This document shows positions 58,375 to 64,000 of a stretch of DNA of 64,000 bases, one piece after another. A program made the position numbers and the translations under genes. Each line of letters opens with the position of its first letter. Position 1 is the first letter of the stretch. Location: assembly GCA_002310415.1 (NCBI GenBank), contig DBYN01000006.1:154565-218564 (forward strand). Reading direction: 5' to 3'. Under the pieces are notes generated by a model. It was not told the origin of the DNA, did not search any database, and worked only from the letters and a program-made list of their open reading frames with translations. Source of the DNA: Alphaproteobacteria bacterium UBA1185. GTDB taxonomy: Bacteria > Pseudomonadota > Alphaproteobacteria > Rs-D84.

Positions 58375-59340
58375 ATGAAAAAATCTAAAAGCAATAAAAA
58401 AGTAGTTCGTAAACCAGCAAAGATAGAGATGCGCGACAATTGTTGTTCTGCGACAAGTGTTTGGTCTTGGACGATTTATGTTTATTGGTTCATAATTTTA
58501 TTTTTTATTGCAGCGACGTTTTATATCTTGGGGCGTAGTCATGAATTTTTACATCCAACAGAACAAAATGTTGTTGTTACAGAAGAAGTTTTGATGCGAC
58601 CAAGCGATTATATTGATTCTGCTAAAAAGAAATTACAAGAAGGTAATGTTGATGATGCAATTGCAGAATTAACTACTGCTGTGGAATCTGATGCAACTTC
58701 TAATGTTTATGCTTTGCGTGGTGAAGCGTATATGCAAATTGGAGATTATCAGAAAGCCTTGGATGATTTTAACAGTGCAATTGAAAAAGATTCTATGAAT
58801 GCAATTGCGTTTTATGATCGTGCTTTGTTGAATACTCGGTTGGAAAATTATGATGCGGCTTTGAATGATATAAACAATGCGTTGGCATCACAATCTATGA
58901 AACCATCAGAAATTTTAACTATGCGCGATTTGTATGCTAAGCGTGGTCAGTTAAATCTGTGGTTAAAGAATTGGCAGGGTGCTGTTGTTGATTATACTAA
59001 TTCGTTGGCACGTGCCGAGGGTAGAATATCTGCGGATGTTTATGCAGAACGTGGTGAAGCCTTTACCGCTTTGGGTGATTATGAAAATGCAGTTAATGAT
59101 TATACATCTGCTGTGCGTGTGATTTCAGAGCAAATTCAGGCTGCACCAACCCAGGAAGAACGTGAAAAACAATCAAGCAGCGCGATGGGATATTTTGAAA
59201 AATCTGCTGCTTTGAATTTCAAAATGGGTAATAACGCAGCCGCACGTAACGATTTAGAGTCTGCGTTTGCAATCGCTGTGGCTTTGGATGATGGCGAAAG
59301 TGCGGACAGAATTCAAAAATTGATAGGCGATTTAGATTAA
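58375..59340 (+). CDS. TPR-repeat protein with N-terminal TM anchor
   Basis: TM 'WTIYVYWFIILFFIAATFYILG', then repeated 'A...Y..RG.AY...GDY..A..D...A' TPR units. Confidence 0.6.
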   Translation: MKKSKSNKKVVRKPAKIEMRDNCCSATSVWSWTIYVYWFIILFFIAATFYILGRSHEFLHPTEQNVVVTEEVLMRPSDYIDSAKKKLQEGNVDDAIAELTTAVESDATSNVYALRGEAYMQIGDYQKALDDFNSAIEKDSMNAIAFYDRALLNTRLENYDAALNDINNALASQSMKPSEILTMRDLYAKRGQLNLWLKNWQGAVVDYTNSLARAEGRISADVYAERGEAFTALGDYENAVNDYTSAVRVISEQIQAAPTQEEREKQSSSAMGYFEKSAALNFKMGNNAAARNDLESAFAIAVALDDGESADRIQKLIGDLD

Positions 59341-59579
59341 TAACATATCCAGAATCCGTTATTTTGTTTCGATTTGATTTTTGGGCAAAATGACGGATTT
59401 TTTTTGACTTTTGCGTTTTCTGGTAATAAAATACTAGTATGTTTTGTAATTTATTTGTTTTCACTATCACTACAACAACCCCTTTGGGGGTGTAGATTTT
59501 TATTTGTGCAAAATAATTGCACGTATTATAATAAACAAGCGATTTAATAAATAAAGAATAAAAACAAAGGTAAAAAAAT

Positions 59580-61313
59580 ATGTCTTATCCAATTGAAACA
59601 ATTCGTCATTCGTTGGCTCACGTTATGGCGGCGGCTGTGCAAAAATTATATCCAGATGTAAAGTTTGCTGGGGGTCCCGCGATTGAAAACGGATTTTATT
59701 ATGATTTTGATACTGAACATCGTTTCAGTGAAGAAGATTTTGCGGCAATAGAAAAAGAAATGAAATCTTTAATCAAAAGTGATGGTCGATTTGACAGACG
59801 CGAAATATCGTTGAGCGAAGCGAAGGAAATTTTCAAAGACCAACCGTATAAAATGGAATGGTTAAATGAATATGATGCAAATGGCGAGGTGTTGTCTATT
59901 TATACTTTCCGCGATTTTACAGATTTGTGTCGTGGACCACATGTCGCATCCAGCAAGGATTTACCAAAAGATGGTTTTAAAATAAGAACTGTTGCTGGTG
60001 CATACTGGCGTGGCGATTCGAAAAATAAAATGTTACAACGTATTTATGTTGATGCGTTTGCAAATGGCGAAGAATTGGCTGAGTTTTTAAAAAGACAAGA
60101 AGAGGCGGCAACCCGGGATAATCGTAAACTGGGTAAAGATATGGATTTGTTCCATTTTGAACCTGAATATGCACCAGGTGCTGTGTTTTGGCATGACAAA
60201 GGATTCAAGGTTTATCGTAAACTGGTCGATTTTATTCGTACACGTCAAAATCGTGAAGGTTATCTGGAAATATCAACACCAACAGTTATGGAGCGTTCTT
60301 TGTGGGAACGTTCGGGACACTGGGCAAAGTATGCAGAACATAATTATTCTGGTAAAACGTTGGATGGCAAAGATTTTTGTGTGAAACCGATGTCGTGTCC
60401 GGGTGGAATGTTGGTATATGCTCAGGGGATAAAATCGTATAAAGATTTACCATTGTATTTGGCTGAATTTGGTAAAGTGAATCGTTATGAAGCCTCTGGT
60501 GCGCTGGCGGGTTTGATGCGTGTGCGCGAATTAACACAAGACGATGCACATATTTTCTGTACCGAAGAGCAATTACAAGAAGAAGTTGTTAAAACATTAC
60601 GTTTGATGATAGATGTTTATCACAAACTGGGTTTTGACAAAATATTGATGGATTTAGAAACTCGTCCAGATTCAGAGTTTCGTATTGGTTCTGATGAAGT
60701 TTGGGATTTCGCAGAAGGTGCGTTACGTAAATCGTTGGAATCTATGGGAGTAGATTATATTTTGGCAGAAGGTGAAGGTGCGTTTTATGGTCCAAAGATT
60801 TGTTTGTATTTGTGGGATGCTATTGGGCGTAAATGGCAATGTGGAACTGTGCAGTTAGATATGAATTTACCAGAAAGATTCGATTTGACTTATATTGGTG
60901 AAGATGGTGAAAAACATCGTCCAATTATGTTGCATCGTGCTATATTGGGTTCTATTGAAAGATTTATGGGGATATTATTGGAATCAACAGGTGGAAATCT
61001 ACCATTGTGGTTGTCACCAGAACCTGTGGTTGTAACCCCTGTATCTGAAAAATACAAAGATTATGCAAACGAAGTTGTGGAACAATTGCGCAAAGTTGGC
61101 GTTTATGCACGTGCGGATTTGCGTGATGAAAAAGTAAATTATAAGATTCGTGAATTGTCTTTGATTAAAACGCCCATCATCGCTGTTGTTGGTGAAAAAG
61201 AAATGGACGATAAAACGGTTACACTACGTTATTTCGGCAAACAAGAGCAACAAACGGAATCTTTATCTGATTTTGTGAAATATATGGCTGATGCAATTAA
61301 ATTGCCATTATAA
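59580..61313 (+). CDS. thrS: Threonyl-tRNA synthetase (lacks N-terminal TGS domain)
   Basis: Editing-domain 'HSLAHV...CRGPH', class II core 'RDNRKLGKDMDLFHF', 'FCVKPMSCPGG', 'RVRELTQDDAHIF', 'GTVQLDMNLPERF'. 577 aa, starting directly at the N2/editing domain. Confidence 0.85.
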   Translation: MSYPIETIRHSLAHVMAAAVQKLYPDVKFAGGPAIENGFYYDFDTEHRFSEEDFAAIEKEMKSLIKSDGRFDRREISLSEAKEIFKDQPYKMEWLNEYDANGEVLSIYTFRDFTDLCRGPHVASSKDLPKDGFKIRTVAGAYWRGDSKNKMLQRIYVDAFANGEELAEFLKRQEEAATRDNRKLGKDMDLFHFEPEYAPGAVFWHDKGFKVYRKLVDFIRTRQNREGYLEISTPTVMERSLWERSGHWAKYAEHNYSGKTLDGKDFCVKPMSCPGGMLVYAQGIKSYKDLPLYLAEFGKVNRYEASGALAGLMRVRELTQDDAHIFCTEEQLQEEVVKTLRLMIDVYHKLGFDKILMDLETRPDSEFRIGSDEVWDFAEGALRKSLESMGVDYILAEGEGAFYGPKICLYLWDAIGRKWQCGTVQLDMNLPERFDLTYIGEDGEKHRPIMLHRAILGSIERFMGILLESTGGNLPLWLSPEPVVVTPVSEKYKDYANEVVEQLRKVGVYARADLRDEKVNYKIRELSLIKTPIIAVVGEKEMDDKTVTLRYFGKQEQQTESLSDFVKYMADAIKLPL

Positions 61314-61319
61314 TAAATT

Positions 61320-61346
61320 AGGGCGGGACGATTATGTTCCGCCCGT
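61320..61346 (+). terminator. Terminator-like hairpin after thrS (gggcgggacgattatgttccgccc)
   Basis: Imperfect GC-rich inverted repeat followed by 'gttt'. Confidence 0.4.
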
Positions 61347-61373
61347 TTAGATAATAAAGTGCAAGGAAAGAAG

Positions 61374-61502
61374 ATGAAAAAATTATTAATATTTTTGGCA
61401 TTATTTATTGCAGGATGTGCCTGTAATTGTGAGATGGAACCAATTATTGAATCAAATCATAAATTGATTGTGCCACCTGATTTTGGAAATATGCCAAAAT
61501 AA
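61374..61502 (+). CDS. Small lipoprotein (42 aa; below ORF-track cutoff)
   Basis: 'aaggaaagaag' RBS 7 nt upstream. 'MKKLLIFLALFIAGCACNC...' has a textbook lipobox 'IAGC'. TAA stop at 61500-61502. Confidence 0.4.
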   Translation: MKKLLIFLALFIAGCACNCEMEPIIESNHKLIVPPDFGNMPK

Positions 61503-61578
61503 TTATAAAGGTTTCTTGGTTATTGTGTTTTTTTGTGATATAATGCATTTATGTTGATGATATAAATGGGGGGATATC

Positions 61579-62322
61579 ATGAAGGACCAAGAAGAAAATT
61601 TAGATTTGTTAGATTTAGAAGAAGATACAGAAACTGACACTTTACCAGAGGCTGAACCGTTTTCTGCGCCACGTCCAAAAAGACCTTGGTTATTGATGGG
61701 GGTTGGTGTTGCCATCATTGTGTTAGCAACATGGATTATTGTTACGCAGGTTGGAAAAGATTCAGGAACATCAGTTAATGTAAATCTGGATGCCCCTGTT
61801 GTTGAAGATTTGAATGTCCCTGTTGCTGCACCAGATTTAAATGCTCCTGTAAAAAAGGCAGAAATTGCACCAAAACAGGAAAAGGTTGTTAAACCAATTG
61901 AAACGGTGAAAGTTGTTGAAGCAGACGGTAATCCTGTGCGTGTCATAGATGACAGAAAAGAAGTCACTTTTAATCCAGACAAGGCGACAACGAAAAATAC
62001 AGTTAAACCTGTTGCTGCAAAAAAAATAACTGCACCAACAACACAAAAATCTGTGAAGAAACCGGTTGTTACCGCAACCACCGGCAGTATATATGTTCAA
62101 TTTGGTTCTTACAGCACTCGTGCATTGGCACAAGCCGCAGAACAAAAATTGCGTGCCACACACCAGACTTTGTTTAATGGTAAACAATTTGTTATTTTGG
62201 CAGCGGAGGTGAATGGTAAAACAATATATAGATTGCGTGTGCCGTTTGTGTCTGCAAGTGAAGCCAATGGTTTTTGTAGAAATGCAAAATCTGATGGTTT
62301 AGATTGTTATGTTGCAAAATAA
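61579..62322 (+). CDS. SPOR-domain (peptidoglycan-binding, septal) protein
   Basis: Acidic N-terminus, a TM 'WLLMGVGVAIIVLATWIIV', a Pro/Ala/Val-rich linker, and a C-terminal SPOR 'IYVQFGSYSTRALAQAAEQKL...YRLRV'. Confidence 0.75.
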   Translation: MKDQEENLDLLDLEEDTETDTLPEAEPFSAPRPKRPWLLMGVGVAIIVLATWIIVTQVGKDSGTSVNVNLDAPVVEDLNVPVAAPDLNAPVKKAEIAPKQEKVVKPIETVKVVEADGNPVRVIDDRKEVTFNPDKATTKNTVKPVAAKKITAPTTQKSVKKPVVTATTGSIYVQFGSYSTRALAQAAEQKLRATHQTLFNGKQFVILAAEVNGKTIYRLRVPFVSASEANGFCRNAKSDGLDCYVAK

Positions 62323-62339
62323 TAATTGGGGGTATAGAT

Positions 62340-62522
62340 ATGAGATTCGGTATTTGGGAAATAATTTTAATTGCTTTGTTGGTGATTGTTTTGTTCGGCA
62401 GTGCCAAGATTCCAGGTATGATGAAAAATTTGGCTGGTGGTATCAAGGTTTTCAAAAAAGAAATCAAAGACGAAAAAACACCAAAGGTTAAAAAGAAAGT
62501 AAGTAAAACAGGTAAAAAGTAA
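62340..62522 (+). CDS. tatA: Twin-arginine translocase subunit TatA/E
   Basis: 'MRFGIWEIILIALLVIVLFGSAKIPGMMKNLAGGIKVFKK', a canonical TatA TM plus amphipathic helix. Start set at MRFG with a 'ggggg' RBS. Confidence 0.85.
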   Translation: MRFGIWEIILIALLVIVLFGSAKIPGMMKNLAGGIKVFKKEIKDEKTPKVKKKVSKTGKK

Positions 62523-62523
62523 A

Positions 62524-62558
62524 AAATACCCCAAGGTTGATTGCCTTGGGGGGTTTTT
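62524..62558. terminator. Bidirectional terminator (ccccaaggttgattgccttgggg + T7)
   Basis: 8-bp perfect stem between convergent tatA and dksA. Confidence 0.65.
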
Positions 62559-62990
62559 TTATCTTTCGTTCTTTTCTATTTCTTCTTGTTCTTCAATCGT
62601 TTTGGTTGCCAATGGACGCGCCAAGAGCCGTTGTAATCCGATTTCTTCGCCAGATATAACACTGTAACCAAATGTTCCATTTTCGATACGTTCCAATGCA
62701 GCATCTATCTTTTTTAACAGATTTGCACTGCGTTCGGACATGCGTAAATCCATGGCGATTTCTTGTTCAAATGTTGTCTGGTCTTGTTCGTCACCGACAC
62801 CAGAATTTTCAGTTTTATCAGCAATTCTTACATCGTTTAATATATCATTATGGTCATGAGCCAACTTTTCACGTCTTGCACTTAATAATTGATAAAAATA
62901 TGCCAAATGTTCAGGACACATATATGGTTCTGTTTTCTTTGGAACATATTTGGGTGGCAATTCAATATTTTTAAAGTTTTTTTGTGCCAT
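62559..62990 (-). CDS. dksA: DksA-family RNA polymerase-binding transcription factor lacking the Cys4 zinc finger
   Basis: Coiled-coil tip 'GDEQDQTTFEQE' (the D-x-x-D of DksA). C-terminus aligns to 'FGYCESCG..IG..RLEARPTA.LCI.C' but reads 'FGYSVISGEEIGLQRLLARPLATKTIEEQ', so all four Cys are replaced. Confidence 0.7.
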   Translation of the reverse strand: MAQKNFKNIELPPKYVPKKTEPYMCPEHLAYFYQLLSARREKLAHDHNDILNDVRIADKTENSGVGDEQDQTTFEQEIAMDLRMSERSANLLKKIDAALERIENGTFGYSVISGEEIGLQRLLARPLATKTIEEQEEIEKNER

Positions 62991-62991
62991 A

Positions 62992-63312
62992 TCAAGACTC
63001 CTTTAATTCTTTTATCCATAATGTCAGGGTTTCTGCATCCATTAACCCTGTGCGAGCCTCTCTCAATTCCCCATTTTTGAAAGCCAAAACACTTGGAATG
63101 CTGCGAATTCCAAATTTTGCGGGTGTGCGTCTATTTGTTTCGTCGATTTCGAATTTTACAAAATTCACATCCGTTTCGCTTTCTGATACAGATTCAAATA
63201 TTGGGCCAAACATTTGGCATGGACCACACCACGATGCCCAAAAGTCTACCAATGTTAAACCATCAGATATTAATGAATCAAATGTATTGTCGTTTGCGTG
63301 TTGCAGAGCCAT
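62992..63312 (-). CDS. trxA: Thioredoxin
   Basis: 'LVDFWASWCGPCQMFGPI' active site. 107 aa from MALQHAND; the upstream ORF extension was rejected. Confidence 0.85.
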   Translation of the reverse strand: MALQHANDNTFDSLISDGLTLVDFWASWCGPCQMFGPIFESVSESETDVNFVKFEIDETNRRTPAKFGIRSIPSVLAFKNGELREARTGLMDAETLTLWIKELKES

Positions 63313-63387
63313 TTTTTCTCCTTTTGTTCTGTTGCATTTATCTTTAAGAGTATTATAATCATAGCAAAAAGCAAGAGAAAAACCACA

Positions 63388-64000
63388 TGAAAAAAATCGT
63401 TTATATGGATGCTGCGGCAAGTTGGTTAAAAAATCAATCAGTAATAGAAACTGAGGGGGATTTTTTAACTAATTCTTATGCTAATGCAGGGCGGGGCGTT
63501 TGTGAGCGTGCATCAAATGTGGATAAAATGATTGATAATGTACGGCATCAAGTGGCTGATTTTATTGGTGCGGGTTCATCAAATATAGTTTTTACATCTG
63601 GCGCAACAGACGGTTTAAACCGGGTTGTGGGTATTATACAAAACACTCTTGGCTTGGAAAATAAAAAACTAATTGTTGCTGTTTCTGATTTGGACCATCA
63701 TAGTGCGCGTATGCCATGGGAATATTTGGCTGGACAAGGAAAATGTGAATTGGTTGTTTGTCCTTTGGATGAAAATTTAAATATAGATATAGATAATATC
63801 CCAATCTGCGATATTTTTGTAATAACTGCTATGTCAAATGTTTTGGGTGTTCCGCAAAATGTCGAAAAAATTATCCGTATTGCGCGCAAAAAAAATCCGA
63901 ATGTTATAACAATTGTAGATGCTGCGCAATTTGTTGTTTATGAAAATATAGATGTTTCACAAATGGATTGCGACTTTTTATGTTTTTCCGGACATAAAAT
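63388..64000 (+). CDS. Cysteine desulfurase / class V aminotransferase (5' partial, continues past window end)
   Basis: 'IVYMDAAAS...FTSGATDGLN' and the PLP-Lys motif 'FSGHK' at the very end of the window. No stop before 64000. Confidence 0.7.

Noticed and set aside
61503-62081. 192-aa ORF on - strand
   Set aside because: Antisense to the SPOR-domain gene. Low-complexity Thr/Gly/Ser composition mirrors the Pro/Ala/Val linker on the sense strand.
62992-63420. 142-aa version of thioredoxin with Cys-rich N-terminal extension
   Set aside because: Thioredoxins are about 105-110 aa. MALQHAND at 63312 gives a canonical length.
1-64000. Search for tRNA/rRNA/CRISPR/IS elements
   Set aside because: No GGTTCGAATCC-type T-arm with an acceptor-stem context was found. 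There is no array of spaced direct repeats and no transposase or phage-integrase ORF apart from the chromosomal Xer recombinase. None is reported.

Overview
This is an AT-rich, densely coding (~90%) bacterial chromosomal segment. The gene content and local gene order look alphaproteobacterial, and the low GC suggests a host-associated or endosymbiont lineage; the taxon is an inference, not something I could verify. I found no rRNA, tRNA, CRISPR array, transposase or phage gene. About 65 protein-coding genes are called. Core housekeeping genes: xth, mnmE, ruvA, yebC, secB, mltA, dciA-like, ruvC, recA, typA, serS, trxB, xerC/D, lptF/G, greA, mutL, yajC-secD-secF, ftsK, rarA, trmB, gltX, der, rpoH, rsmE, thrS, tatA, dksA, trxA, and the 5' part of a cysteine desulfurase. 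Accessory or unusual content: (1) a six-gene glycosyltransferase island at 12.9-18.7 kb between recA and typA. It includes a family-6 (ABO blood-group-like) transferase, a GT8, two tandem GT2 paralogs with poly-A tracts, and no flippase, polymerase or sugar-nucleotide genes. (2) A continuous ybeY-lnt fusion ORF. (3) Immediately after it, a block of five uncharacterised genes (40.8-43.6 kb) occupying the lnt-trmB interval. One has a SUKH/SMI1-like immunity-protein signature and is translationally coupled to an unknown upstream gene; a small ribbon-helix-helix gene sits downstream. This is the best candidate for an undescribed module. (4) A stand-alone VirD4/TraG type IV coupling protein with no VirB genes in the window. 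(5) A degenerate S41 peptidase homolog, a Cys-less DksA, and a ThrRS without the TGS domain. (6) Tandem acyl-CoA-ligase paralogs with a near-identical 3' segment. (7) Several orphan secreted and outer-membrane proteins. (8) A family of near-identical bidirectional terminator hairpins. All calls rest on motif recognition in the translated ORFs; no database search was possible.
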